The notes: a model not told the origin generated them from the sequence alone. Counted from the stretch's first letter, positions 42,637 to 56,386 are shown. The stretch is DNA of 64,000 bases from Vitrella brassicaformis CCMP3155 (GCA_001179505.1 CDMY01000198.1:1-64000); one strand, 5' to 3'. Program-made: numbers and translations.

Positions 42637-42975
42637 GGTGAGAGAGAGAGGATGGACGGGATGACGGGCGGCACGCTGCTCAAGGGAGGCCGGGCTGGCT
42701 TGGAGGGGGATGAAACGGGATGGATGGGATGATGGGATGTGGGCGCAACGGCACGGAAGCGAGGGCAGAGACAAGTGACCGAAGCCCCCAGTCTGCCCCC
42801 GCCTGCATGTCGCGCATGCAAATCTCTAGACCTGTCATGCAACGCAGATCTCTGAGTCAGAATGCAGCGATGGGCAACGTCCCTCATCCGTTCCCCTCAA
42901 TCACGTCACAAAAAGGCATGCATGTGCTCGCCGGAAAAAGACACCAAATGGTCAGTCAGTGATGCAGTCAGTCAG

Positions 42976-44248
42976 TCAGTTGCCTGACCGCAGGAATGAG
43001 CCCCTGATCATGTCGACTCCCTTCCGAATGAAGCTCCGTTCGTCCTCGTTCGACCGCCGCTGCTTCTTGCTGGCCTCCTGCGCCTTCTTCTCCTCCTTCT
43101 CTTGCTTGTACTTCCCCAGACGAGCAGAAAACAGCGCCTCGTTGTACATGGCAACTTCACACACAGTCGTACAAAGAGAGGTTTGTGACGCGCGAATGGA
43201 TGTCGGTGGCTGAGTGTGATGTGCTGCCTACTAGGGCCAAGATGCCTCGAGTGCGCTGGGAGAGAAGGAATCCGAGAGCATACATGAGCATGGACAATCA
43301 ATGGATGGATGGATTGGATGATTGGATGTGCGTGTGCGTATGGGTGCACATACCGAGGAGCATCGAGCTGGGTTTGAGGAAGCTGAGGCAGGGCTGGTAG
43401 GTCCCTGGGGGCTTCTGGCCAGCATCCGTGTGCCCAAGAATCGTCCCATGCTTCTCCTCGACATACCCTCGAGAAACTGACACCAAACGAACAAGGCAGC
43501 CAGCCAAAGATGAGTGCACGAATGGACCAACATGCACCGATGCCATCTCACCTGTCCTCTCCTTGCCCTGCCTCTTCTGGGCAGCTTCCTTCTTCTCAGC
43601 GGCGATCTTGTGCTGAAAGGACTCGTAGCACTCGCCCACCACACCGATGATCCTGTGCTTGATGGCGTCGTCGATGGGCTTCTTCGACGTGCAGATGAGC
43701 CACTGGTCGTGGTCCCCCTCCCCCCGGATGGCGAATGCGACGCTTCCCTTGAAGGCCCGTTTGAGGCTCTTGGCGATGCCCAGCTGGAAGTCCTTCCGGC
43801 GCTCTGACGGCACGCCATCGGCAGGCGGCAAATAGAGGCTCTCCTGATAGTTGCCGACGGGTGCGGGGAACTCCACTGGGCGTGTCAGCCTGCTGGCCAG
43901 TTCAGCTGCCTGCGCACGGATCTTGTGGTTATGGAATTCTTCGGCAAGCATCCTCAGGGGGTCGATGATGTTACTCTCCATCTGCAGCTCCGGCAGGATG
44001 AACTCTGCAAGGGCCTCCAGGATCGCCACAGCCGCAGTGACCGCGTGATCGCCGCCCCTGAGCCACGCCGGGATGTGCATCACTATCACGGGCAGCTGTC
44101 CGCGGATCTCCTGCACCGTTTGATGGAGCACGGCAGGGTCTCCGCATCGCTTGCTTTCGACGAGAGTGGCGACTCTCTCCTTGACCCACGCTATCCTCTC
44201 TTGCTCGGCCTGTTGGTCCGCATAGGAGGTCGAGGATGCACCCGGCAT
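42976..44248 (-). CDS. Hypothetical protein
   Basis: Long open first exon (324-aa ORF) with globular composition, GT-AG introns, and a Lys/Glu-rich last exon ending at 42976. Confidence 0.6.
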
Positions 44249-44670
44249 GGTCCCGCTGATGAGTCGCCTCACCGATCTTGACGTCAGCTCATCTTCGGGG
44301 ATTTTTACTGGATTACCTCACGTGCTCCTGCTCCATGGCACGTGGCGAGAGGAGCGAGAGGACTTGATCACACTGCTCGGCCTCCGGGGCCGTGAAACTG
44401 CTCTATCCCGAGTCGGACACGTCATCCTTTCGCATTGCGTGTGTGTGTCCCCTCCATTGCATGGGAGGCGACACTCGGTATTGTGAGCGTGCGTGAAGCC
44501 TGCGTCGCCAAAGAAGGCCCCTTGCAAACAAATCTCGCAGCCCGACTCGTGACTCTCCGCAGCGATGAGGGGCATCCTGGATGTGGTATCTATACACACA
44601 CAAGGGCAGGAGAAGGCGCACGCACATTTCGTTGTTGCTTGTGTGTTTCTGCCCGCAGCTTCCCCCACAG

Positions 44671-46583
44671 ATGCTCGCGCAGATCACACCTTTGCTGCGC
44701 ACGCTACTGAACGATGCGACCGAGATGCTGATGGGTGAAGAGCCTCAGCACCACACTGTCGAAGCGGTGAGCAGGGAGCGCACACTGAACCAAACAGATC
44801 TGCACTACCTTCGTCGTTCAGGACCTGTGGGACGATGCCTACACACAGCGCCTGCTGCGTGACTGCCTGTGCTCGGTGGGCGAGGAAATTGCGAATCGTA
44901 TGCGTGGATGTTGCTTACGATAGTGTGTGCTGTGTGTTGCATGAATCAGATCGGCTACGAGCCGTGGGGAGAGGCAGCATCCCAACCCGGGTCCGACCCT
45001 TCCCACCTGGTGCTCACAAAGCTGGACTACCGGTGCGTTGCGTCAGTCAGAAGCTGCAATGGCCACCTCACTTGCCACACGTCAGGCCCTTGTTGTGCCT
45101 TCAGGTTCGTGGATGCTCAGCGGGCGATCGACGAGAAGGCCTCCCTGCACAACTACCCTGTCGAGCCCTCCCGCAGCACCACACAAGTCACCCCCGCCCT
45201 GTCCGTGGATATGCAGCAGCCCCCCAACGACCCGATGGACGACCAGGTGGACCAGGCAGAGATGACGGCCGGCCTCCAGCCAGAAATGGGAACCACAGAA
45301 GAGGACCAGCAGGGCGAGGGTGCTGGCAATGGTGCTGCTGCTGGTGACGGCCTCGTTCACGACACCGAGCCCGTGGAGGACGAAAATGCAAACGCTACGC
45401 GACGTACGCCGACAGCCGACGCCAAGACTCAGGAAGGAGAATACGGTGGTTGCCTGATGGTGTGTGTGTGTGTGTGTGTGCTGGGAGGTGTATAGACTGG
45501 GTGTGCAATAGCGGCGGCAAGGCCTACCGCGAGGAGCCGGCGAGCATGCGCGTCCTGCACGCAGCCCTCTTCAAGCTGCTCCTCGGCAACGTCGAGGGAC
45601 GCATCAAGGTAACCGAATCAACCGCATCACACACAGACCCATTGCACGGTTGCGTGCATCGTCAGTGGCGGAAGCGAGAGCTGGTGGCGCAGCACCATCT
45701 CCACCAGGGGGTGGCGCAATACCGCTTCCATGTCAACACCAGGTAGCTGCGGGATGACAGAACACGATGAGGGAACTTGTCTCTGTCCATCTCATCTGTC
45801 TGCTTGCGTGTCAGGATCAGGTTCTCCAAGCGCAAGAAGAAAAGGGGACGATGGGGCTGGACAGTGCTGGTGCAGCACCGTGACACACAGGGGCTATCGG
45901 TGGGAAGAAGAAAACAGTCGAAGCGAACATGATATCATGCTATCATGCTTATGTATGTATGTGTGTTGCAGGAGTTTTCTCTGGACACGCCTGATTCCAT
46001 CACGCGGGAGGACCTCCAGAGCGCCCTCAGTGAAGTGGAGGCCCTCATGGCCATGCCAGCATGCCACGAGTACGCAGAAACAACAGAGCAGTGAGCATCA
46101 CTTGCTGAGTGTCTGGGCGATGGATGGATGGATGGATGGACGGATGGATGGCTTGATGGTCTGTGCAGGTGGTTGGAGGGCATTATCTACTTCGAGAGCA
46201 GGGGCAGCAGCAGCAACACGGCCATCCTGCTGCAGCGTCACAACATCGTCAACGCACCGGGCGAGTGGGTCAAGCAGGAAACGGTGCTCGCGACGGGAAA
46301 CTTCGATCGTCTGGTCAGTGGCCGCCATGGATGGATGGCCTTTTGCCCATGTCTCCTGTCTTCCCTTCAGGATCGTCTGGTGCAGGTGCTTCAGGGGTGC
46401 GGCATCCGCGATTTGCACAAGAAGCGCCGCCCCATCGAGCGCTCCCCCAGCCCGCCATCCAAGCGACCTGCGCAGGAGGCCGAGGCCGCTGCACCGGTGG
46501 CCGGTGCAGAGAGTGGGGCTGCTGCATCGATCAAGGTCGAGGATGAGCATGACTGTGAGCATGAGATGACAAATGGGGCATGA
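44671..46583 (+). CDS. Hypothetical protein, multi-exon (true start probably further upstream)
   Basis: Chain of exon-like ORFs separated by microsatellite-bearing introns; acidic linker; basic RFSKRKKK and HKKRRP stretches; stop at 46581-46583. Confidence 0.55.
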
Positions 46584-46986
46584 CACAGAGTGACGGCATG
46601 CATTTACTGTGGATGGAGGGGGAATCGTGTGTGAAGACGCTCAATGCTTGTTGCGTGTGCATACGTCTTTTATCGCTTTGCGCGTGTGTGGAGTGCAAGA
46701 CTCTCGTGCTCAACTCGTTTATCCACATGACTGTTGCCTGTCGTGTCGGCAATTCCTTTGTGTCCTGGCCGCCCCCAGGAAGATCTCACCCTCTCTGGTC
46801 GGTCGATCCAAAGCATCAACCAACAGGTGCGGTGCGGCCGGCGATGTTGCCGTAGGACGGACGATATGATATGTACAGAGAGAAACCATTCTGTTATCTA
46901 TCGTCATGCATTGCATCGGTGCACGAAACGTGGGTCCACTGGAACAACACAAACACACAGCCTAGCCACAAACCTCACTCCCTCCT

Positions 46987-49967
46987 TCATGCCGTCTGCT
47001 CAACGGGCACCGGCTCTCGACGATCAAAGCGGCCCACTCTGCGCTTCGTGCCGGGTTTCTCCGCAGCATCTGGTGGCGGTGGCGGGGGCCGTTGGGCCAC
47101 CTCCAGCCCTAGCGATGAAGCGATCTGGTTGTACCGCTCGATCAGCCCTGGCTCGCTCAGACGAGTGCCCTCCAGCTGGTTGCCTGCCATGACACACCAC
47201 AACACAACACAACACAACACAACCCAGACACACCTGTGCTGCCGTGTATGGTGCCCCCCTTTCTCCCTGAACGACGTACCTAGTGTGATCCAGTTCTTCC
47301 GCGTGTTGTGCATCCGGCCGAAGAGCTCTAGCTTGAGGCATTGCGGCGCCATGCGTTCGATGATGCGGTAGACCTCGTCCGGCTTGCGTGAGGTCTCGCG
47401 GACCTCCGAGAGGATGATGTCGCAGTCGATGTTGGTGTTGAGCCACGACGGATTGCCCTTTATGCCCACCAAACAGTGCTCCTGAACGATACGCACACAG
47501 AGGGACGGTAGATGTATTGTCTGATGTGGTTGTTGTGTCTTGGTGCCGGTGACTGACTGCCTGCCTGCCTGACCTTAGAGTGGTTGAGCCAGTGTCCCGT
47601 CCTGCCTGTCCTGATGATGCGCTGCAGCTGGTTGCATTTGACCCACAAGACCTCCTCCACACGACGGTATCCCCACAACTGAATGAAACACGACACATGA
47701 GGGAACGTATGTTGGCTGTTTGATGGATTGACGCCGTGCCGCCTGTCTCCCTTGTGTGTGTATGGACCTCCATGCAGTCTCTGCCCAGCTCCATGGCCCT
47801 CCCCGTCACCCACAGAAACAGCACGCCCTCACGCTGAATCTGATCCACCTGACGCCCACACAGACAGCCGACATACACACATGGTGGAGCCTGCAGGGCC
47901 CGGCCCCGTGTTTGTGTTGGTTACTTGACTTGGTTACCTACCCTCATTTCCTTCATTTCTTTGTCGGTCATGGTGCCGTATGGGAGGTCCATGTGGATGT
48001 CCCATGGGGGGTCGGCCATGATGACCTTGATCAAGTCGCCGAAGATCGAAAAGTCAAACTTGCTGCACACACAACGACGCACCCACACGGCCACAACAAA
48101 CAGACAGAGGTGCCTGTGGGTGGAGACAGAGGACTATGCGTACCGAATGTCACATTTGATCCACTGAGGCTCCCACTCCTCGAGCTTGACCTCACTGATC
48201 GCACCGATGTCCCACTTTGTCGCCCTAGACAGCCCACACGCAACCAACAGAGGATACAAACATCAATCACATCAAACAATACGTGTGCACGTATTGTGTG
48301 CACACAAGCGAAAAGGCAGGCAGGCAGCGCAGCGTGCGAACACCACCCATGCCATGCAGTGCAGGTGTGTATCCTATGCTCCCATCCGTCCGTCCGTCAG
48401 GTCGGTCAACAGAGAGTGATGCTTTAGTTAGTGTATACGACGAGCCAGAGTCCCATTGGCAGCCAGCACGTATGTATGTCTGTCGTCCCATGGCCACCCC
48501 ACCCCACCCACAGCCCTACTCTAGAGACGTACATGGTCTGCGAGAGTAGCTTCTGCCGCTGCTCGGGTGCCAGGTCCTGGTCGATCTCGTAGTGCACATA
48601 CTTGCAGGTGTTCATGTGACGACACGAATCCAAATACGAACAGTCGCCCAGACTCACATCTGAGACACAACACACACACGAGACAGACACAGGTGTGAGC
48701 GACCAAAGAGAGTCAGTCTTTTCCGTGTGTTGATATGCGTTTGGATGACTTTCTTTGCGTACCGGTGTGTGGCAGTATGATCCGCCGGAAGTGGACCTTG
48801 TTGCAGGCGACGTGTGTCTTGTTGGCCCTGCAGCAGTCCTCTCTTGTGCCGTGGAAGCAGAACTGCAGCAGCTGAGACCCCTCCTTGTTCTGGAAGGTCT
48901 GCGCCTTGAGCGTCTGCTTGGCCGTGGGGGCCGCCAATAGCTCACGCAACTCGTTGCCCGTGTCCTGGATCTGCTTCACCTGCACACATACACACAGACA
49001 GATGGCATGGAGGGGGTGGTCCATGTGCACACGCCTTTGTGTGGTCATGGTGAGCGTGTGTGTACTTGCCTTTGCTGAGGGCGCGTTGAGCAGCGCATCG
49101 AGATCCATGGAATCGTCCCTGTCGGGAGCTGCACCAGGGATGGACGCCAAACCGTTGCCCTGAAACCGAGGCCGCTTCGCCATGGCCACACCACCTGACA
49201 GACAAAAACAGCACGCACTCGTGTGTCAGTCAAATCGTTCCATCCAGTCCTCACTGACTTCCTGCATCACTCGAGGCGCCCTTTGACACGGATGGCGACC
49301 GCGAGGGCTCCCTCCTCTTGACGCCAAGAAGCCTCCCATCCACCCTCTCTCCCTCCCGGCCCGACACAAACGCCTTGGCCACCCACTGACTCATCCGCCG
49401 CCTGTCCACACGCTTGAGCACCACACTGCCCTCCACACTGTCCATGTCCAGCACGCCCGACAGCTCACGCAGCCCTCCCCACTCGAGCAGCAGCCGCACA
49501 ATGTCGTCATGCTTGATGACCCGCTGCGCCGCCACGTCCTTGCGGTACTGCTGGCGGATCTGGCGCATCAGGCTGCTCGACTCGATGGGCGGCGCGAACA
49601 GCCCATCCACACACAGGTAGTGCGCCAGCACACGCTTCAGCTCCTCCAGCGACCTCGGAGGCTCCTTGACCAAACCAATCGACACCTCTAGGAAGTCGCC
49701 GTCTTGCTCTGCGGCGGATGGAGTGGCTGCCAGCTGGCGTGAGGCTGACTCCAGGACCTCATCAGTGGGCGGTTGACGGCCGGGAGGATGGATGTCATGC
49801 GAGAAGGGCTGCGGGGGAGGGGCGGGAGCAGGACGAGATGGTCCTACTGGTGGTGCTGGTGGCGGCTGTGGCTGCGCGTTGACGGATGCAGGCTGACTCT
49901 GCCGCTCCTGCTCCTGCTGTTGCTGCTGCTGACGCTTCTGATACTTCTCCTTGAGTTTTGACATCAT
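46987..49967 (-). CDS. METTL3: mRNA m6A methyltransferase catalytic subunit (MT-A70/METTL3/Ime4)
   Basis: Two CCCH-type fingers ([15 protein letters not shown]; [20 protein letters not shown]), [69 protein letters not shown]. Confidence 0.97.
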
Positions 49968-50181
49968 CTTCGGTCAACGACAATATATGGGAACGTTGAT
50001 CACAAGCGTTCGACAAATCACGTCACCCCCTTTTGCCCCTTCTTCCAGCTAGTAAGCTCGCAATGGAGGTCGCCCCTCTGAATCGTCAAGCATTCCGCCA
50101 GCAGAACCCCACGACGCCTCAGTACCGTCGTCCGCATCGGCCTCATCACAGATCTTGGCATAGAACCTTCTCGTTGCCAAC

Positions 50182-52312
50182 ATGATGATCTCGCCATCAG
50201 GGAGGTTCAGCGGTTTCGCAAGATCCATGCCAGCAGCCGCAGCAGCCGCCACTGCTTCGCACCTGCCCATCTGCCCCACCCCAGCCCCTCCGCCCTTCGC
50301 CAGGGTCCGCAGCTTCGCCAGCCATGGATTCTCACTGCATGGGCGTGAGCGTGAGTTTCGGCAGCGAGGGGTGATGGCCAATGAGGTGTATCGGATGGTG
50401 GCCAAGGAGCCGCCTGATACGGATGAGTGGCGGCGGATGGCCAAGAGGATAGCTGAAGACTGTGAGCAGCTGACGGAGGAGGACCTCGCATACGTCATCG
50501 GTCAGCAGTGCAGAGGGAGATGCGATGCCACATACTATACGCGTCCACGTGATGTCATGTGCTGTATTGTATTGTATTGCAGAGTGTCTGAGTCGGCCGC
50601 CGAGTGAGCTGCTGTCCGACATCGGTGACCTGTACAGATCTCTCGAGGCCACTTTGATCAGTCGCATGGCGTCGTTCAAAAGCCACCAGCTGAAGCGCAT
50701 CGTGGCATCCTATGCCCTGGTGGGTGTGCGGCTGCCAAAGCTGCTCGACGCCCTTGCCGACAGGGCGGCACGGACCGTCGAACAGATCTCTGGAGGCGAA
50801 TACAGCTCTATGGCTGGAGGTAAGGGAGCTGCCGACTCGCGAATGCTCTCACACGCACTCAGGCGATCTATCTTCTCTTATATTCTTTGTCTTGTCCTTC
50901 TGTCTGTCTGTCAGCGTTTGCCCGCCTGAACCATCAGCATTTTGCTTTCTTCGATGCTATCGCGGATCGAGCCATCGCCGACGCGTCGGATGACGTCACC
51001 ACTCCCTCCTCCGACTCCCCCCGGCTGTCGTCCATCGACATCACCCACCTCCTCTACGCACACGGCCACCTCAACATCCGCAACATGCGCCTCTTCAAGA
51101 CGCTCGGCGAGGCCCTGCAGCAGCAACAGCAGCTGGCGGAGCTGACGACCGTCAATGCCGCCCTGGCGTTGAATGCGTGCGCAAGGGTCGGCCACTGTGA
51201 CGCTGGGCTCTTCGATGGGGTCGCTGACAGGCTACTGGGCCAAGACGGTGAGTGAGGCAACGCAGACAGGAGAAAGATGACCCAGAAGCGGCATCACGGC
51301 GTCTGGGCGGATGTGTATTGGGTGTGTTAAAAAAAGGCACCAAGCCGATCTCCGCGGAGGACTTCGAGGCGCGTCATGTGGTGCTGATGCTGAACTCATT
51401 TAGTCGGTGCAACATGCGGCGGCCTGCCGTCTTCAAGCGGCTCACTGGCCTGCTACTCGACCCACCCCGTGTGCAGACGCTCTCGCCACAGCAGCTCGCT
51501 ATTGCGGTAAGAATGGCATGGCAGACGGACGGACATGGGACGCCTTCGTGGGTTGTCGTTTGAGTCTGTGCAGGTTCATGCGTTGGCCAAGGTGGACGCG
51601 TTGCATCGGCCCTTTATGGAGGCCGTGGGCGTGAGGGCAACAGAATGTGCAGAGGAGTTCCAACAACGAGAGCTGGGTACGTCCACACGATGATCTGACT
51701 GACACCAACCCTGCACACCAATGCATTCTCATCTCTTTCTCGTGCTCTCCGTCCAGGCAACCTTCTGTGGGGTTTTGCGAAGCTGGGCTATCGCGATCGC
51801 CTCATGACTGCCGCCCTGTTGGCCGAGGTCAAGAAGCACGCCGAGAGCTTGGACGATATCACCACGGCCCAGGTGCTGGACGCCATGCGGCGGTTCGATT
51901 GGCGGGGCGACTATGTGCTCAACAACGCCCTCAGGGACAGGTTCTTGACCTCCATTGAGACCAGCGACAACCACAACCTCACACAGTCTGCTTGGTGGGG
52001 GAGGGAGGGGTGGCTGGGTGAGAGGCACCGATGTACACCCATGTCTGTCTGGCTGGCTGCAGGTGTTTGACGGAGCTGGATGCCTTTCCGCAGCACGACG
52101 GGACGATGGGTCGCGTGTTGAAGCGGCTGATGGCCCTGCAGGACGCCATGGCCACCAACAGCCACACATACATCAGGCAGCTCGTCAGGTCAGCGCCAGT
52201 GACCCACGCAAACACGAGTAAGGTACGTACGTGTATCTGTCTCTGGTGCAGGACCTTCCAGCTCAAGTACTCGCAGGACTTCGCCAAGCTGCCGCAGCCA
52301 GAGAAAGAGTGA
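50182..52312 (+). CDS. Organellar helical-repeat RNA-binding protein (HPR/FASTK-like), probably mitochondrial
   Basis: Presequence-like ARVRSFAS. Roughly 37-aa repeats such as FKSHQLKRIVASYALVG..LLDALA, LSPQQLAIAVHALAKV and NLLWGFAKLGY. No clear RAP domain seen. Confidence 0.7.
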
Positions 52313-53229
52313 GCAACACACACACACACACACACACCGGCGGGTACCCATGCGCCAATATTCTCTCCTGTGCGTGTGTGTTGGCTGTGTGACAGTTACG
52401 CCTTGTCGATGGTCAAGACTGAGCGTCTTCCCTGGTCTGCGCGCGAGAACAGAGGGATGACTAGCCGCTTGGTGGACACACACACGGCGGGGAGGGCAGC
52501 TATTGGCGAGCAGCAGAGTGCTGCTGCATCCGGTGTGCCGGCAGAATGAACTGGATGGGTGGTCTTGTGTCAGTCAATGCTTGGTCGGCGGGTCCGTTCT
52601 CTTCGTCCATTCTGAGGCGTCATGTGGTGCCTGTCACTGCCTGTCTGTTGGTCCACTCGAGAGGGCATTCATGTCTTGTCGAGTGTCCCAGCATCCTGGC
52701 CATGGCAGACACCACAGGGTGCTCAGCCATCCCCTATAGGATGTGATGACAGCTCTGTCGTCGGTCGCCTTGTCTCTGTGTGCGACGTGATGCATTAGGG
52801 TGTCCAACTGATTCAGGAGTCCGACATATGTGACGTTATGCGTTGATGTGAAGGCGTGGATGGGTCTGGTCTGTGTCGCAACGCATAAGCCAGCCAGACG
52901 TCCGACCTCGGAGGGAGGGAGGCAGTCAGCCAGCCATTTCATTTCGCCACACACACAAGCCAAGCTATCGTGTCACACATCCACGGCAAGCAGGCAGGGC
53001 AGGCGAGGGTGTGTCGCGCTCCTCTGCTGTATGCATGTATCACACGGAGAGAAGGGTCCCCTCCACAGGTAGGTATGTATGTATCTGTCGCTCCCTCCCT
53101 CCCTCCCTCCCTCCCCCCCTCCAATCAGCTAAGCTACATCTACTTGATGGCCCCCACCGGCCCCTCCAACGCAGCCTAGCCTGTCGATATCAGCCTTGTG
53201 CGTACCAGAACCCCTGACCACACCCCACA

Positions 53230-54060
53230 GACAGGCGCAAAGGAAGGCACACCCATGGTGGTTTGTGGTGTGGCAGATGTCGTGCATTCCTTCATTTCAC
53301 CTGCTGGTAGCTAGGCGGAGACATCGCCCGCGGGCCGGGAGGGACGCCCACCGGTCCGTCTGCAGTGCACGGACCGCCCACACAGCAACGACAACACACA
53401 TACACATGTGCACACCTAGGCAGCCCGGCGCACTTACACATGGGAGCTTGGTCGGGGAAATTGATTGACCGAGTTGGGGGCATCAGAGGAGAATACATTA
53501 CCGTGCAGTGCAGTGCAGTGTGTCTGAATGATGGGCTTACGCATGTGCATATGCGGTGCTGGCTGGTACACGGGCGCAGCGGGGTAGTAGGGAACATACG
53601 CAACTGCAGCGCACACACAACCAGAGAGGCAAGCAAGGCATGCGGGCGGGCGCACACGCAGGTGTGCCCCCTTACGCTTACACTGGGCCGGTGGAGGAGC
53701 CAGAAACACATGCTCAGTCGGGCCACGGATGGGAACCTTCACGACAAACCAAACAGCACACACAAGACAGACACATAGGAAGGATGTGTCGTGTGTGTGG
53801 GCTGGGCGATGCGTCGATGATGAGTGGGAGGATGGATGGATGGCTGATGCGTACATTGGTTGTCCTGGGCCGGAGGATGCGTCTGACGGTGCGGAGAACC
53901 CCAGCCACCCCTGGCATATGGTGCAGGCCCCGTTCGTGTTGGTCTCGGGTCGTCTCGCGTGGGGAGCCTGCGTGACACGAGGGGCAACAAGGAGGGAAAC
54001 AGTGCTTTTGGAGGCAGAATCGTACAACGCGCGGTCTGAATGCGTGGTCAGTGCCGTCAT
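53230..54060 (-). CDS. Pro/Tyr-rich hypothetical protein (paralog of 37750-40140)
   Basis: Exon KLAYVPYYPAAPVYQPAPHMHM with intact CAG acceptor and a homologous flanking intron; PTRSINFPDQAPMC resembles PDSVNFVNKTLPVC. Boundaries approximate. Confidence 0.4.
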
Positions 54061-54079
54061 CCTGAAGGGAAAGACAGAT

Positions 54080-54565
54080 TTATGGCAGGCACGCAACCCA
54101 TAGAAACCCCTGTCTGTCTGCCATCTGCTGGCTCACCCATGACGCAATCGTGAGCCAGTAGTTGGGCGTGAACCAGTACTTCTGCTTCATCGTCCACAGC
54201 AGCTCCTGGGCGATCTTGAGGGCGGCATCAGAGCGGCGCATCTCCATCGGCACACTATACAGATGCAGGCCGCCGGGCTTGGTCGTCCGGACGTACACGA
54301 CATCGCCCTTCCGCCTGACGCGAAAAGCGATGGAGAGCTATGCGCACAGAGAGGGAAGGCGCAGCCAAACCCATGATGCCCACCATCCATAGGCTAAGCC
54401 CATACTTACTTCTTCCGCGAGGAGGCTGGACAGGGCACGCTCTGCGGCACCACGATTGGCCGCTTCAATCTCCAAGGTCCACAGGACACTTGTGGGCAGT
54501 GCGACATCCCTCTTGTCCGGCTGAAACATGGCAAACAACTCCTCAAGGCTGATATGGCCCACCAC
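54080..54565 (-). CDS. Small hypothetical protein, 2 exons
   Basis: MVGHISLEELFAMF...SLLAEE, an intron, then LSIAFRVRRKGDVVYVRTT...WFTPNYWLTIASW; globular-looking composition. Confidence 0.4.
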
Positions 54566-54614
54566 TCCCCCGCCCCCGTTTACGTGGGGGCGTCTCGAAA
54601 GAGAGACTGCCAGG

Positions 54615-55900
54615 ATGTATGTGCACGCCCGTGTTCACCCGCCCGTGCCCGTGCACCTGAGGAGATGTCCGCCCCTGCCCCTGGACCCGCCGGCCGACTT
54701 CATCCGGCAACAGGAGATGGCCGTCTACAACCACGCCCACGTCCACGCCCGCAGCGTTATGGGCAAGACGGATCCCGGCCGAGGCGAGGACGAGAGCCAA
54801 ACTGGCGAAGGAGGGCGGCGCTATCGAGAGGGTGAGCCAGCCATCAGTGAGAGCTGTCGCAAGCCACCTCTCTTGAAGGATGTTGCGGAGTTCTAGTGAA
54901 GTTCTCCGTACCTTCTCCTGTTGTGTCTGCGTGGCTGCAGGGTTGGAAGCAGGGACCCGTCGGGGATAGGGATGTCGAGGTCAGTGGCCCTGCAGACAGG
55001 CAGACACGCAGGCAGCTGACCGCGCAGGTTTCACTGGTCTGTCTCTCATTGCGTGCTGTCTGCTGGTCGCTGTGTGCAGGGGGCGCTACATGATTTGTAT
55101 TGGCTGCGTGTGGAGGGCAAGTTGGGGGGAGGCGGCCAAGGCCAGATATGGCGGCTCGAGGGGGGCAAGGTGGCGAAGGCTCTCGACACGGAGCACTCCA
55201 TCGGCGGAGTAGGCATCACTTGCACTCCATCGCTCTTGATACGGGTAGGTTCCCATGACCGATGGACATTTGGGATTGTCGTATCTCTCTCTTTGTCTCC
55301 GTCGCTGCTATCTGGCAGTGGTCACATTGCTGCGGATGGCTGGGGTTGACCAAGCCAAGGCTTCGCAGATCGCCGCTTCCACGGTACGAGAGGACCAATG
55401 AAATATATCGTCACAGACGGGCATTCAGCCTAACGGCCTCCCTCTCTGCTTTGCCTCTCATTCCAATGCAGCCGACGTAGGAGTCCATCCGCCGGGCCCT
55501 GCTGCCCTTCAGTCCCCCTGCTGGCCTTGTCAGTTTCATCGCCGCCCTGTGCAATGGCGCATCCGCTGAGCAGGTCAGTCAGTCAACAGACACACAACTC
55601 CACCTTCCCATGCCTTGTCATTCCATCTCTTGGTCATGCAGGCCCTCAAGCATGAGTGGTTGACCCCACCACCGCCTGCTGCCATGCACATGCCCCGACC
55701 AGTCGCTGCCGGTGAGTGGGCAAGGGACACTACTCATCCAGTCTATTGCCATTGATTCTCTCCTGCCCTTCACAGCCCCACCACCGCCACCGCTCATCAT
55801 GCCGCCTCCAGCACCACCTCCTGCCCCGCCACCCACCCCAATCCCGGCCCGCTGATGCCTGCCTGCAACCATGTCGTCCCTTGTGAGTTCCGCTTCCAAG
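54615..55900 (+). pseudogene. Protein kinase-like family copy D; inverted paralog of C with internal deletion
   Basis: HPP..PLDPPADFIRQ, LGGGGQGQIWRLEGGKVAK. Nucleotide-level match to C introns and exons at 55235-55570. The catalytic-loop exons are missing (junction about 55233); in-frame TAG at 55478-55480. Confidence 0.85.
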
Positions 55901-56386
55901 AAGGGAAGGCCCGACGGACCGACACGGGCACAGGCAAGCTGAGGTGGCCGGGGAGGGGGAGGGGGAGGGACGCCAAGAGAGGACGGCGTGAGTTTGGAAT
56001 GTTTGGTGGTTTGATCGAGTGGTTGAATCGTTGAAGAGAGTCGATGCGAAGCTTGAGGGGGAAAGGGTTGTTGCATGACGGATGATGAGAGATCCTGTCT
56101 GTCTGTTTGACTTGGGTGCCATGAATGGCTGTGAGACACTGACATTCCGTAATGGAAGAGCACAATCCCCAAGCACTGCGTCACACATCAATGTCCCTCA
56201 TCTATCATCGGTCACTCAGCAGGAACGAAAAAGACACAAACGCCATTGATTCCTTAAGTCAGGAGACCCAACAATTCCACCAACCAACACACCCTCAGCT
56301 CCATTCGCTCGACCGGCCTTCATCAGGGGAGCCATGCTCGTCACGTCACTCGGCTTACGAACTCCAGATGCCGCGGCCGGGATGGT

